Origin: Perkinsela sp. CCAP 1560/9
Taxonomy: Eukaryota; Protista; Euglenozoa: Kinetoplastea
Length of the DNA: 64,000 bases
Assembly: GCA_965644495.1 (NCBI GenBank)
Contig: CBFFSA010000011.1
Span: 310,001-374,000, forward strand
Reading direction: 5' to 3'
The notes under the pieces are model-generated. The model was not told the origin of the DNA. It worked only from the letters and a program-made list of their open reading frames with translations, and ran no database searches. Both the position numbers and the translations under genes were made by a program. The number at the start of each line of letters is the position of its first letter. Position 1 is the first letter of the stretch. Below, piece after piece: positions 21,692-34,171 of this stretch.

Positions 21692-24600
21692 GGGGTAGGC
21701 CAGACAGGTTAGAAGCCTTCTAAACGGTTTTAATGGAAGGTGTGATTGGAGTTCGAATGGGGATGAGCACAAGAAAGGTGGAATTCCGCTTCAGCCGAAT
21801 TTCCTGCAGGGTGGTATTGATAGAGGTCTCCGGGGCCTTCGATGAGTGCTCGGCAACTCGATGAGTCGCAAACAATCGCGTCGTTGCGGTGTCTACGTCC
21901 TGTTTTCCAACAATGTTACCTGCTCCACATTTAGCTGATGGAGACCCGACCTTCCAGGGATTTGCCGACAAAATGATATTCTATTAGCGAAACAGAGTCT
22001 TCCGGATCACTCAGAGGATCACAACAGAGAGTACCGGATCACTCTGCTTTTTTTGTCATTGTAAGTAAACATGGTTTCGATACTGTTCTTCGTATCTACT
22101 GAATTCGGAATACTTAACGAAAGGAGAAAGAGCACAAAAGAAAAGAAAAAGAGGTGAACGCAGGTAGGGAGCACGGAGGTAGGGAGCAAGAGCTGTGGGA
22201 CACATCATCTGTTTTCCTGTGAAAACCCCCGTTGATGCATTGCAGCGAAGTTTGCCGAGGATGATTCGCACAAATTACCAAACATTTTCAAAGGCATAAG
22301 CAAGTTAAATTACTCTCAGTATTTGATGCGTTGTCTGCTGTCACATGAATTACATCAACGCTACGATTTTCTCAAAGCTCAAAAAAAGATGCGGAGATTA
22401 TCACGCAAGTTATTGCATTCTTTGCTCCTGATAGCTTTCGCGTTCACAGTAAGTTGGCAGCGTGCATCTGGGTCATGCACGCAAACATTGAAGAATTCAA
22501 TGTTTTGTATTTTACCGAGGTCAGAAAAAGCACTGGCATCGAATAAATTTTTCGGAAGAAGTGCTTCACCTCTTTTGACGATCGCAGCCTTTGTCTGATG
22601 TTCGCTCATGCTAGTGTTGATTGTTCCTTTCAGCTCACGCAGAATGCTCAAGGCAATTGTAGTAGAAGAGAACAGAGGGCATATATTTTTTCTTCCGTTG
22701 CCTCGGGGATAGCTCTCGTACTCAAATGAGTTTGCCGCAATTGGGGCACATTATGTGAATTCATGATCAGAATCATCAACTGGTTGTTTGCGATCAATTA
22801 GCATGTACATTCCCATGTGTCATATACATTCCCTTGATCTTTTCTTCGATCGCTACAAACTCTTCTTTGTACGCGGGGAGCCTATAATTTCTTTCCAGGA
22901 AGGATGGACGCTTTTAACATGCTCGATCAACACGGAGTGCGGGGGCTCGGCTGACTTTTTGATAGGCTTATAGCCATACACCTTGTTTGGCCTTACTCAC
23001 TTCGCACATAACCTGAATACTGGATTGGCTGGATTTCGCACAAACCATCACTCCATCAAGACCTAGCTTTCCGGCATTAGGGTGTACTTTATTCAATATA
23101 TTTTTTTTGCGGGCTTCGAGACATCTCGTTTGCCTAGCGAAGCGCTTTCTACATATATTGAAAACGACCACCTATTTTAACGAAACGACTAAAAAAGAAA
23201 ATATTAGGTAGAGAAAAATACGGGAACTGCGACAAAGGGGAAATCTAAAAAGAAGAGCACGACTTCCAGTGTACAACGCAAAGCGAAATCGAGCAAAAAA
23301 GAGGAGAACAAATCTAAAATGGAGAGACAAACCGAGTAATGTTGGTAAACGCAAACGTGTGGAAACTAAACAGACTGCTGCGCAAACAAAGAACTCGAAA
23401 GTAAAGCGAGTAAATAAGATTAAAAAGGGGACGTCACGGAAATAGGTAACGCAGGAAGGAATAGAGTGCGATGAGATAATATACATGTACATAGTCCATT
23501 GTTTGAGCACTTACTGTCCTCTTGAACAGCACGTCAGAACTTTTTATGTTCCTTCCTTCTTTTTGTATTTCTACATGTACACTGTATCATGTAGAAAAAT
23601 CATGGTACAGCTGTTAATTATTACAGTATAGATAAGTTACTTATCTATACTATTTAAAGTAGTACATCAAAAATTAGTTCGACTTAAAGTAGTACGATAC
23701 GTATTTTTATCTTAGGACTTCACTAAACATTTTATTGTTTTCTTGATCACCTAAGTAGTTCCTAACAACTAGACTTAATAGTCTGTACATTTTGTGCCAT
23801 AATTTGGTTACCATGTATTTTTTTGCAGTACATATTCATTTATATTCGTTCAATTTGTATATGCGGAGGTAATAAGAATTGAAAACCTTGGTTTTGATGT
23901 AATTTATTTGTAACCTTTATTATAAAGATACAGTTTCTGTACCTTGTTGCCCTTCCTTTCTTTTCCCGGAAACGGGCATATTCTTACTTTTAAATGCCCG
24001 TTTCCGGCTGACGGCTAGCTGGAACTGTCCCTCTTTGTCGCGGAAGTAGGGGACGCACTTCGCACTCTTCACCCCTCCCCGGCTCGCTCTCTTCAAGTGA
24101 GCTTTCTTCCCTCCCCGGCTCTCTACTTCTCGTGCTTTCTTCTCCCGGGAGCTATGCGCCATGGTGGCCTCCCTTGAGGACCACTGGGCGTGCTACAGCG
24201 GGAGGACACGTTGTATGCGTGTATAGGGGATGCGAACTTGCACCCCTCTCTCCCTACATGCTGTAGCGAGTGCGGCGGTAACGGACCTCCCCATGATGCA
24301 TCATGATCCACGATAGACCATCTGACAGCATGAACCCACGGCTTGACCGTGTTGCAGCATGAACCATGGCTATACGTGCTGTAGCATGACCGATGGGCGA
24401 CTCGTCTCCTACCTCGCACTCCACTCTCTGTGTGACACCCGTCGTATGCGGGTCATGCGCTGATGGTATCGGCCGTCACACAGAGAGACGTATCTCTGCG
24501 CCACGAGCGTATGATCATAACCATTCTATTGTGCCACTTTTAGTCTTGCATCATAAGAGACATATTGAGTATAATCAGTTTGCTTTCGAGCTCATTATTT

Positions 24601-24708
24601 TGAGTACATCATATGTCAATAGATGATGTTTTTACACAATGTACCCAAATGACTTTTGTAATCAAATTTTCATTCGCGTCTATCACAGTACTTTCCTTTT
24701 AAACATCC

Positions 24709-27700
24709 ATGCAATCATCGCGTGAGATTTACCTTGCCCGCCTGACACACTATCTAGAAGGCAACAACAGCGTCTTGGATCCTTTCCTGTGTATGTCTCA
24801 CCCTAGTCTATACCCTTCAGTACCCCAGATACCTGCCGCGACCCTCATGCTACACTATTCCGGACTGATAAAATCATCTATCCAGGATGAGGATAATGAC
24901 CATGAGGGTGCCGGTCCAAAGAAGAAAGCCCGTGTTTCTCGCTCGAAAGCGGATAAAGCCGAAAAAGAAATAAAAAACGTCCCCACAGAGAATCCTCCTG
25001 TCCAGGCCAATGAATTCCATCTCCTTTACGTTACTCGTATTCGTGAAACTGGTATTGAAGTGCAATTGCCCCATCGTCTGAAAGGATTCCTTCCCTTCTC
25101 CTTAATCTCCGTGGGGGAGCACTCCGATTGGGTACTCTCTGTGATACGGCGACACTGTGCCGTGCACTACGGACCTCTCCCCTTCCCCGTAGTTCCAGTC
25201 GGGTTGAGCCTACGAAACGGGGTCGTTCAGCTTTCTGCACTTTTTAAGCATACGAATATTGCTCGCCAACTTCAGCTTCGACAAGAATCGACACTCCCCT
25301 GTCCTGAGTCGGGTATTCAACAAACGCAGAAAGAAATTGAAAAACTGCTTTTACCTCCCATGCATGATTGGATAATGAATGAGACAAACATGAAACACGA
25401 ACTAGAGCTACAATCTTATTTATGGGATCGTCAAAAGTGGTTGTGCTGTGACACAGGGCATGGAGTGGTACCCACCGACAAGACTTCGGAAGAGCAAAAG
25501 CTGAGTTCTACTCTTGCATTTAGCTCTCCGTTACGTGAGGTAAGCTATCTGGTAGGCCGAGTACTCCCCGCTCGGATCCAGAGCGTTCTCTCCAAAGGGG
25601 TTAAATTTTCCTTGCCGGGTGGGATCACAGGGATCGCATTCCGTCCCGCACGAGGCGGGAAACGAGGAAAGTCGGAAAAGCAAGGAGCGCAATCGCAAGC
25701 TCCTGCCACAGAGGAAATTGGAAATGAAGTCCCCATTCGTATTCTTGATTTTGACTTGGAGAACTCTCTGGTGGACGTAACAATGGATCTCCGATGGGTC
25801 AAAACAGCGCCAAGAACAGAAGCAGACTACGTGTCCATTCGACAAATGTTTGAGTCCACAGCCAACAGAGTACACAACGCATCTGCGGAGAATGATGAAT
25901 TTTTTCGTCCGTGTTCACCTTTTCAAAAGACTTGCTTTTCAGCCCATGTGATTCTGAACAAGTCCAATTACAGTATCGTAGCCGTGCATCTTACAAAATC
26001 CAATGACTTCAAGGATAATTCCTCAAGTACCGTCCGTGATGCAGCAGAGAACAATGCGCAGAGCGAGGTGAAATACACACTCATTGCTTATATCCCACGC
26101 ACGACAATATCAAATACGAACCACAGACAGAATACCCGTTCCGCTTCCGATACGAATTCTTCCTTGAAAGTAGGCACCACGATTCAAGTTCACTTTGCTC
26201 ACCTCTGGTCTCCCCTGTTTCCGTTCTACGTTGTGAATACAATGTCGAACACACAAATCGGATCTTCCGAGCGCATTGAGCACACCATAACACCTTTTAT
26301 AACCCCCCTTCCCACTTCCGATGCATTCCTGCGACTTTTACAAAAGCCACTCCCTGATGAAGAAATCTTAGCCGATCCCGATCTCACCTATGCGCAACAC
26401 GCACTTCAACAACAAAACAGAATGAATCTCTACAACACAAACGAACGCCTCGTAATCGACGAACGCGCTCTTCCTCTTCCTTGGAAATGTACTTCCGCGA
26501 AACAAAAAAAGGAACTCTACTTTTATGGGTTAACCCGACCGAAGGTAAACCCATTCCTTCTTCAGTCCTCCACAAACGAAAAATCCATTTCTGAAAAATC
26601 AAACTCTGAAAAATCAATTTCCGGAAAATCAATTTCCGAAAAATCGATTTCTGAACCATCCATTTCCGAGAACTCATCCAAGAAATCATCCAATCCCCTC
26701 TCCCGTCGTGCTCGCGAAACCCTCATCCAATCCGTCGAGGCGAAACACGCCCAAATCCAACACAACACTCCCCTCTCCCTGTCCTCTCTTCACGCGCTCT
26801 CCTCCTCGGAAGACTTCGAGCGCGCGCTGGTGACCTCTCCCCAAAATCCGGAACTCTGGGAAAAGTTCATCCACTTCGCTTCGGAGTCCGGAGCCCCGGA
26901 ATCCGGTCGTCGTACTGCGGAACGCGCCTTGGGGGTTCTGGATGTGCGAAACGAGAGGGGCCGGTTTCTCGTTTGGGTGAGTTACCTGAAACTCGAGCAC
27001 ACGTACGGGACCGCCGAGAGTGTGGAGAGTCTGTTGAAAAGAGCCACGTCGCAGTGCGACGCCCCGTTAAAGGTAGCGCTGCGTATGGCGGAGATCTATG
27101 AGGAGGCGGGGGATCTCCATTCGGCTTTTTCGTTATTTCGACAACTCTTAATTGATAAAACCTATAAACATGTCCCGGAGGTCTGGATGCGGTATGGGAA
27201 ACATTGTGTGCGCGCGCATCGGGTGGATGCGGTCCATGCGTTGTTAAAGAATGTGGTGCTGGCGCTGCCGAGTAAGCAGGAGCACTGTCTCGTGATGCTG
27301 CATGTGGGGCTGGCGTGGTATGGCAACGGGGAGGAGCTGAGAGGTCGGGCCCTGTTTGAACGACTCCTGGGGGAATACCCGAAAAAAGGCGATTTGTGGA
27401 ATGTGTATGTGGATCAGGAAATGAGGGGGTTGAGGAGGAGCGCGCCGGGAGGGGAGAAATCGGAAGATTTGAACGAGAGCGAGAAAAAGAAAAGGAAGAG
27501 AGAAAAGAGAGCGCGTGAGAAACAGGGAGGTGAGGATGATTCGTTGTCGTTTGTGCATCGAATAACGCATATCCGTGAGATTTATCTTCGTATGACATCG
27601 TTGTCGCTTCCTCCACGTAAAATGGAGTCCTGTCTGTCTCGTTTTATGGAGTTTGAGAAACAGTATGGGGATGAGAAGAGTGTGGAGGTGGTGCGGAATC

Positions 27701-27747
27701 GTGCGTTGTCGTATGTGGAGGCCAAGGAGAGAGAGGCGTCGGTGTAG
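24709..27747 (+). CDS. RRP5: rRNA biogenesis protein RRP5
   Basis: S1-like segments and C-terminal HAT repeats (EDFERALVTSP, RRTAERAL, VWVSYLKLEHTYG, PKKGDLWNVYVDQE); contains a 15-bp (KSISE)n repeat near 26580-26670. Confidence 0.9.
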   Translation: MQSSREIYLARLTHYLEGNNSVLDPFLCMSHPSLYPSVPQIPAATLMLHYSGLIKSSIQDEDNDHEGAGPKKKARVSRSKADKAEKEIKNVPTENPPVQANEFHLLYVTRIRETGIEVQLPHRLKGFLPFSLISVGEHSDWVLSVIRRHCAVHYGPLPFPVVPVGLSLRNGVVQLSALFKHTNIARQLQLRQESTLPCPESGIQQTQKEIEKLLLPPMHDWIMNETNMKHELELQSYLWDRQKWLCCDTGHGVVPTDKTSEEQKLSSTLAFSSPLREVSYLVGRVLPARIQSVLSKGVKFSLPGGITGIAFRPARGGKRGKSEKQGAQSQAPATEEIGNEVPIRILDFDLENSLVDVTMDLRWVKTAPRTEADYVSIRQMFESTANRVHNASAENDEFFRPCSPFQKTCFSAHVILNKSNYSIVAVHLTKSNDFKDNSSSTVRDAAENNAQSEVKYTLIAYIPRTTISNTNHRQNTRSASDTNSSLKVGTTIQVHFAHLWSPLFPFYVVNTMSNTQIGSSERIEHTITPFITPLPTSDAFLRLLQKPLPDEEILADPDLTYAQHALQQQNRMNLYNTNERLVIDERALPLPWKCTSAKQKKELYFYGLTRPKVNPFLLQSSTNEKSISEKSNSEKSISGKSISEKSISEPSISENSSKKSSNPLSRRARETLIQSVEAKHAQIQHNTPLSLSSLHALSSSEDFERALVTSPQNPELWEKFIHFASESGAPESGRRTAERALGVLDVRNERGRFLVWVSYLKLEHTYGTAESVESLLKRATSQCDAPLKVALRMAEIYEEAGDLHSAFSLFRQLLIDKTYKHVPEVWMRYGKHCVRAHRVDAVHALLKNVVLALPSKQEHCLVMLHVGLAWYGNGEELRGRALFERLLGEYPKKGDLWNVYVDQEMRGLRRSAPGGEKSEDLNESEKKKRKREKRAREKQGGEDDSLSFVHRITHIREIYLRMTSLSLPPRKMESCLSRFMEFEKQYGDEKSVEVVRNRALSYVEAKEREASV

Positions 27748-28158
27748 GCAAGGGAAAGTGTGGATACGCGTTCGCTGTCGATTTTTCGGTTGATATTCAG
27801 CGTCGGGCTTAAGGCATTATGGTTGTAGTCCTGATAAAAATTGTCTTTCATCATATTGATAAGAGAGAAAAAGAGAGAGAGCGTTTCTGCTTATTCACAG
27901 TTTTCATTTATTTTATAGTATTATTTCTTCGTATTATTGCTTTAACCATTGACTTGAGAATAGACACACGACCTTGTTATTCATTTACGGTTTCGCATTT
28001 GTAATGTTCTGCGCTTACCATGAATTAGGGTCGCACAATGATGGGTACACATATTACAATGTAAGCTCTAGCTTTGTACGTGATGAACTATAAAAAGCGA
28101 AGAAAGGTTTGTTTTTGAAGTCGGTCGCACGCCTCAGAATATTGCCGTATCTCATTGA

Positions 28159-30720
28159 ATGGACCTTGAATTAAGCCACGAGGCGACACTGCTCTTTGGG
28201 TTCGCCGCATGGTCTTCTTCGAGAGTATGTCATTGGATTTATCAAAATAGGATGTCAAAACACAAAAAACAAGAACAGCAGTGGCAGAGCGCAGCATTAG
28301 AATTACTCGAACGTATTCGTTTGGATCGCCAGCGAATGATTGACCTTAAGTCTAACTATACCTATCAGCTTGATCGAGAGGAATTTATCGAGCTATTTGA
28401 TTGGGGGAAACGTATTGGAATCAAGGTTTCACATCCGGTACGTCAGCGCCTTGCAACGGAATTGCTTCATAGTGTGCAGCATGAATGGAGTTCCTCTGAA
28501 CAGCATGATTTTGATTCAGGAAACAATGAGACATACGAGGCGCTACCGCTATTTTTTCGTACTTCATTCTCATGTGAAAAGACTCTCTCTTCGGATGGTC
28601 TTTCCTGGGAGGATGTACTTTTTCGTTGTCCAGAGCTCACGAATCTTCTGCCACGTGAAGTGCGCAAGGCAGTGCGTCGTCATTTAAGATCGCGCACGAG
28701 GTCCCATCTTTTTTCCATGTTCCGTTACTTATTTATGCGTTCGGGCATAAAACTTGCCATAACTTTGCTGATTATCCCATTCTCGGCTACGTATACATGG
28801 CATGATATTCATATCAAGGCGGAGCAGACAGAAAAATGCGAATCCTTAATCGCACGCATTCTTCAAAGAAATCAAAGCTTAAAGGAATCCTATAATAAGG
28901 ACCATTGGTTTGGTCCACATGACCCTACCTTGTTCTGTGATATTGGTAACCATATCCTTACAATGGCTGCAACATGGGTCATGACATCTGCAACACAGGG
29001 CTTGATTTCTCGATTAGGCCAGGAGGGTGCGCGATGGTATCGAAGGATTCAGAAGCAACAACTTTACGTTGCCCTATCGAAACTTCCTGCAACTTTTTAT
29101 GACTTTCACAGTGCCGCTGATGTGGAGCAGATTGTCTATTATGTAGATGATTTAGAGGGAATTGACGTCCAAGTGTTTTTACACCTCGTTCATGGAACTC
29201 GGGGAATACTTCGAGTCATTGCGCTGAGTAAAATGCTTCGCTCATCATCGAAAGTTGGAAGTTTACTTTTACTTTCCTATGTCATGCAGAACGCCAAGGA
29301 GTGGTTGCGCGAGTACATTACAACGCTTTTGTTGGATGACACAGATATGTCGAGCGTTCATAAAGGGGATTCTTGCTTAAGCTCTCGGTCCAGTTCTCAA
29401 CAATCCGTAGGATTCTCTGTACTTTTAGAGAACATGCGGACGTTTCGTGCCATGAATATTGATCAGTCACTTTGGAAGTCTTTTAGGCTTATACCAGAGG
29501 AAGCTTCCTGTGGCTCTTCTCGAATGTCCAACATGCTATGTAACGTTCAACATTTCCTTTGCCATTTCCTGCAGCAGGAAGTTTCGTGCCTAAGCACAAG
29601 TACCTTTGGTGCAGTATGGTCTTCCATGCAACTTTTTATAATTTCCATTCTATTTCCCTCGTTTAACAGTATTGCACAAGTTTATCAAGCAAGAACCTTA
29701 CTGAATGAGTGTCTTGCGGAGGCTTCATCTTTACCAATGTTAACTCATATTATTTCACTCCAGGCTTCTAAGGCGCACGTGCTGTGCAACATCCTTGACT
29801 ATACCCCACAAGAGCGTACGTTGATCCCTAAAACACCCGAAGAGCCTTCGTGCACAGAGGAAGTAGGTGCATGTGTTTATTCCGGGAGCATAGTTTTTTC
29901 GAACGTCACTTTTGCCTATCCTACCCGCCCAGATATCCCGGTCTTAAATCATTCGAATCTCACACTTCCACTGGGCAGTTTTTGCGCCATCCAGGGCCCG
30001 AATGGTAGAGGAAAGTCAACACTTCTACTTTTGCTGTGCGGCGTATACACTCCGCAGCAGGGCAGTCTTGCGCTGGAGTTCGTCACGACATGCAAACGTT
30101 TGGTGGATACACTATCACCTGAATATTGTATCGAGATGACAACAAGAAACTTTTGCGAAGTTGTTAAAGAATTTCATGTAGGCATGTTGTCCTCCGTGAC
30201 TGGCTACGTTCCTCAAATTTTTATTCAGCTTCCAGGTAGCATTATGGACAATGTTATTTGTGCTCGAGATGGGTATGGTCAAGGCGATGTCATTCGGGCC
30301 TGCAAGCAAGCAGGTCTGCACAGGATGATTTCAAGTCTTCCAGAGGGCTATCACACAAAACTTGGAGCTAAGAGTTACTCACTAAGTCAGGGTCAGGCGC
30401 AACGGCTATCACTTGCACGAGCCCTTCTCACGCGACCGCGTATCTTACTTTTAGATGAGCCCACGTCTGCTCTAGACAAGGAAAATGAATTACATGTTAC
30501 AGATTTTCTACATTCTTTTGTAGCTTCCAAGTCTGACTCTACGATGAAATTGAAATCTTCGCTAACTACGAGATCTGTTTCCGTTCCTTCCTATAATTTT
30601 ACAGGAAGGGGAGATTTAACTACGGAAGAAACATCATTACATTGTATTCCTCGAACTGTGATATGCGCCACACATTCTTCCACAGTGATACGAAGTGCTG
30701 ACTACAAGATTTCACTTTAA
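28159..30720 (+). CDS. ABC transporter, ABCB-like half transporter
   Basis: FSNVTFAYPTRPD, Walker A GPNGRGKST, signature LSQGQAQR, Walker B LLLDEPTSALD, H-loop ICATH. Confidence 0.85.
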   Translation: MDLELSHEATLLFGFAAWSSSRVCHWIYQNRMSKHKKQEQQWQSAALELLERIRLDRQRMIDLKSNYTYQLDREEFIELFDWGKRIGIKVSHPVRQRLATELLHSVQHEWSSSEQHDFDSGNNETYEALPLFFRTSFSCEKTLSSDGLSWEDVLFRCPELTNLLPREVRKAVRRHLRSRTRSHLFSMFRYLFMRSGIKLAITLLIIPFSATYTWHDIHIKAEQTEKCESLIARILQRNQSLKESYNKDHWFGPHDPTLFCDIGNHILTMAATWVMTSATQGLISRLGQEGARWYRRIQKQQLYVALSKLPATFYDFHSAADVEQIVYYVDDLEGIDVQVFLHLVHGTRGILRVIALSKMLRSSSKVGSLLLLSYVMQNAKEWLREYITTLLLDDTDMSSVHKGDSCLSSRSSSQQSVGFSVLLENMRTFRAMNIDQSLWKSFRLIPEEASCGSSRMSNMLCNVQHFLCHFLQQEVSCLSTSTFGAVWSSMQLFIISILFPSFNSIAQVYQARTLLNECLAEASSLPMLTHIISLQASKAHVLCNILDYTPQERTLIPKTPEEPSCTEEVGACVYSGSIVFSNVTFAYPTRPDIPVLNHSNLTLPLGSFCAIQGPNGRGKSTLLLLLCGVYTPQQGSLALEFVTTCKRLVDTLSPEYCIEMTTRNFCEVVKEFHVGMLSSVTGYVPQIFIQLPGSIMDNVICARDGYGQGDVIRACKQAGLHRMISSLPEGYHTKLGAKSYSLSQGQAQRLSLARALLTRPRILLLDEPTSALDKENELHVTDFLHSFVASKSDSTMKLKSSLTTRSVSVPSYNFTGRGDLTTEETSLHCIPRTVICATHSSTVIRSADYKISL

Positions 30721-31192
30721 TTTTCGGTGGGGGACCTCAAATTACGAATCGGACCCATGGGCCGAACAAAGGCTAGATTTCTGTCATCATTGAACCAGAA
30801 TTGTACGGTCCCGTGGTCCACCGATATTTTTTCCTCAGTGGTGAAGAGAAGACACTCAGTATTCCACATAAGCCTAAAGAGTTTCACTACTACGACATGA
30901 GTTCGCGCACAAACGTGCATAGACCGATGCCTATCAATGTACACATTAAAGCGCTTCACAGTGCCGCGCAGGTATGCGAAAGATTGATTAAACTTTGCCT
31001 CCTGGATAAGCGTTGGTTGTTTGTGCGCACGCTTGTATTCATTTGGGAATATCGTGTGCGAATTAGCGATATACACAAAAGGTCGCAATAGCGGCATTGG
31101 TTCCTGAGCAACCCACGCATGACTTGGGAATCATGATGGAACAAAACTCTTAGAATCATGTTCTGAGCCAATAGACGGACCATGGTACCATA

Positions 31193-32824
31193 CAGTCCAG
31201 GTATTGGTTTCCCCCCCAGGCTCCTGAGCACACCGTAAGAGCTTTTAACCTAATTCCTTCGGCATTCAACGGATCTCGAAAAAGTAGAGCGTTTCCCGCC
31301 GTTTGTTTGCCCATCACCCCCCCTGGGTTCTGGGTGGGTGTGATCAAAGATGGCAAATTTCAAAAGTAAAAATATTTTTGAAGGGGAGTAAAAAATGACA
31401 AAAAAGGTGTATGAATTCCTATATTAATACCCACAATGGTCTCCTTGAACGCTCTGCACTATTCGCAAGCGTTTAGGTACTGAATTTATGCAATTTAAGA
31501 CTTGGCGTCGATAAGGATGACGCTTAAGCATCATGAAGGCTTTCTTTATTGCCTTCCGGAGCTGTGTTCCAGTCTCTGGCTTCAGAATTTCTTTCACAAT
31601 TCGGTCCATTATTGACCAAACATTCTCGATCGGATTGAGGTCAGGAGAGAGTGCTGGCCACTCCAATCGAGTAATTCCTTTTTCGAAAAGGACACGCTTC
31701 GTTTTGTTATGCGTGGCCGCATTGTCCATTTGCACAATCGCTTGTTCTCTATTTTCAACTAAATATTCAAGAATACCCCCCCTTTTTGAAAAACACTCAA
31801 CGAGAATCGTTTCACCCTTCACGGAACTTGCATCCCTAATTTTTTTACCTTGCGATTGGGATGAAAACAAATGCAAAAAAGGGCCGTGTTTCACACTCAT
31901 TCCCATCCATACCATGACAACTTTACCACCAAACCATCGGTTGTTTCTCCTCATTTTAATTTTGGTACATCCTTTCTTTCCGATAAAAAAGCGAGAGTAA
32001 GTCTTTGAACCACATGTAAATTTTTTTTCGTCCGTCCAAATTATAGAATCTAGTTTTTCTTTGGGAAAGGACAATAAAGACTCTGCTAGACCTAAGCGGG
32101 CCTCTTTGTGATGTTGCTTTAACTCGCAGCTAGGTGCTTTTGCTTGTAGTAGGTAATTTAATGAACGTAGAGTTTACTTTATTGTGCTTAGAGAGCAATG
32201 AAACCCCTTTTTAATCATTTCGTTATGTACTCAAGGAAAGGATGGGCAGCCATCGATTGTTTTGTTAGCATCGTCAACAACTTTGACGATTGGGGCCCTG
32301 AATGGCTTCGTAGACACAGAGAAACCAGGGCCTGGGTGGGGTTTGGGTTCTAGTGGACTTTTAGACTTCCACGTAGACAGAATTTCGCGGACAGTCTTTC
32401 TGTCCCTGCCAAAATTTTTAGCTAAAGTATAAATCGAATTTCCTTTTCTATATTGGCGGACAATTTCAAGGCGCTCTGGGAGTGCACATCGCGAAGTTTT
32501 ATGGGTAATAGGGGGTCTCTTGTTTTTCGGCGAGTTGGAGTACTGACCTTTAGTAGATTTAACGGGGGTATCCCTCAAATTCATAGAATAAGAAACCATA
32601 TTTAATAAAAAAATCCTAATTTTTTGAAATATTGGATTTTTTTGTTAAAATTACTCTATTTTTTCGTGTGTTTTCAAAATATTTTTGACCCAGGGGGGGT
32701 GATGGGCAAAAAAACGACGGGAAACGCTCTACTTTTTCGAGATCTGTTGAATGCCGAAGGAATTAGGTCAAAAGCTCTTACGGTGTGCTCAGGAGCCTGG
32801 GGGGGGAAACCAGTACCTGGACTG
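31193..32824 (-). mobile_element. Full-length Tc1-like transposon (DD32E) with broken transposase
   Basis: TA|CAGTCCAGGT...ACCTGGACTG|TA, ~135-bp TIRs; HTH ORF 32231-32599 and DDE ORF 31424-32074 (WTDEKKF, MDNAATH, SPDLNPIE). Confidence 0.92.
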
Positions 32825-33040
32825 TATATGCTGTATAAACGGAGAAGTGTAAAGAGCGAGGGACTAAAGACGTAAAGAGATGATAGAAGCCACGACAAAG
32901 ACTTTTTTTGTATCTTTTTAGAATATTTTTTCGGGAAATCTAATATTCTTTTGTAAAAGGCGAATTCTCCTTCACTTTACCGGAAAACAGAAAGCAAGCA
33001 ATTTACGGCTTATGCAATATTCCTTGACTTAAGCAATTCT

Positions 33041-33790
33041 TTGACTTATGCAAAATTCCTTCACTTTGGGCGAGCTAAACTGCCAGACGAATACCATTTA
33101 GCTCAATTCCTACAGGACATCGACAACAAACATCCCTCCTGGACTACGTGTACTCCCGTATGCAAGTGGGATAAGGTGGAGTGTGATGAGAAAGGTGAAA
33201 TTTTTCGAATTAATTGGACGAAGCTCTCTCTCGACGGAATACCACATTGGATTCATATATTGAGTATAAGGTGCACTTTTATACTCCTTGCTGATAACAA
33301 GCTAAGAAAAGGAATTGTACTAAAATGATTACCCCCGAATATTAGATATTTCGATGGTAGCGGTAACTACTTTGGTGGCAGCTTAAATTTAGAAACATTG
33401 TCAGAACAACTACAGTTCCTCCATTTAGTTCGCTGCGACTTACGCGGGTTCATTTCTCTTGACACACTGCCTCATGAATTCAAGTCGCTCGTATTAGGAG
33501 GAAATAATCTCCGGGGTCCTCTCGACTTTCGAGCTTTACCAATCACAATTTAGTCGTTGGGCCTCAGTAATAACAACTTCTCGGGACCTGTAGCTTTCCA
33601 CGCCCTTCCACATAATGTTTTGCTGTACTTGTACAACAACCCGAATCTCTGGGGTGAATTTGATCCAATACTTTTCAAAAACAACATTATCACTGATGGC
33701 ACACGAATCAAGAAACTCCCGCCTCGCGGTTCTTATCGTTGCTTTTTGCCTCTGCGATACGTTTTTGATTCCGATGTTTGGAATTTTTAG
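33041..33790 (+). pseudogene. LRR pseudogene
   Basis: CKWDKVECD cap and LRR repeats broken by a frameshift near 33325 and a TAG near 33552. Confidence 0.8.
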
Positions 33791-34171
33791 GAGAAATCCA
33801 AATTACATTTATTTTCTTCGAATTAATTTGTTTATTTGAATCGCCACCATACATGGCTGGAGTGCTGCGGGGAAGTTCGGTGAAAGGGGTCGTTTCGATA
33901 CACTGAGACCCAATGCTTTATCCACCCCGTAAATGTTTTATTATAAGGGCGATTTTTTCTACTGCTAGTCGGTAGGCATCGCGTGTTTCTTTCGGATTAA
34001 GATGTGCACGTGCTGCTAAGAAAACGGGAAACCCAAAACAATGATCCTCTGCGGAAAAATTGATATAAACGTTTTATTGCACTTCACGTCCGGTAATTAT
34101 TTTTTTCCCGTAGAAAACCTAGAAACCGTTTTTTCACCTTATTCCTACGCTCCTTTCTCCCTCTCCAAGAA

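Noticed and set aside
33041-33790. Stop-codon reassignment or introns explaining broken ORFs
   Set aside because: Conserved genes are uninterrupted and end in TAA, TAG and TGA; broken ORFs also have frameshifts, consistent with decay.
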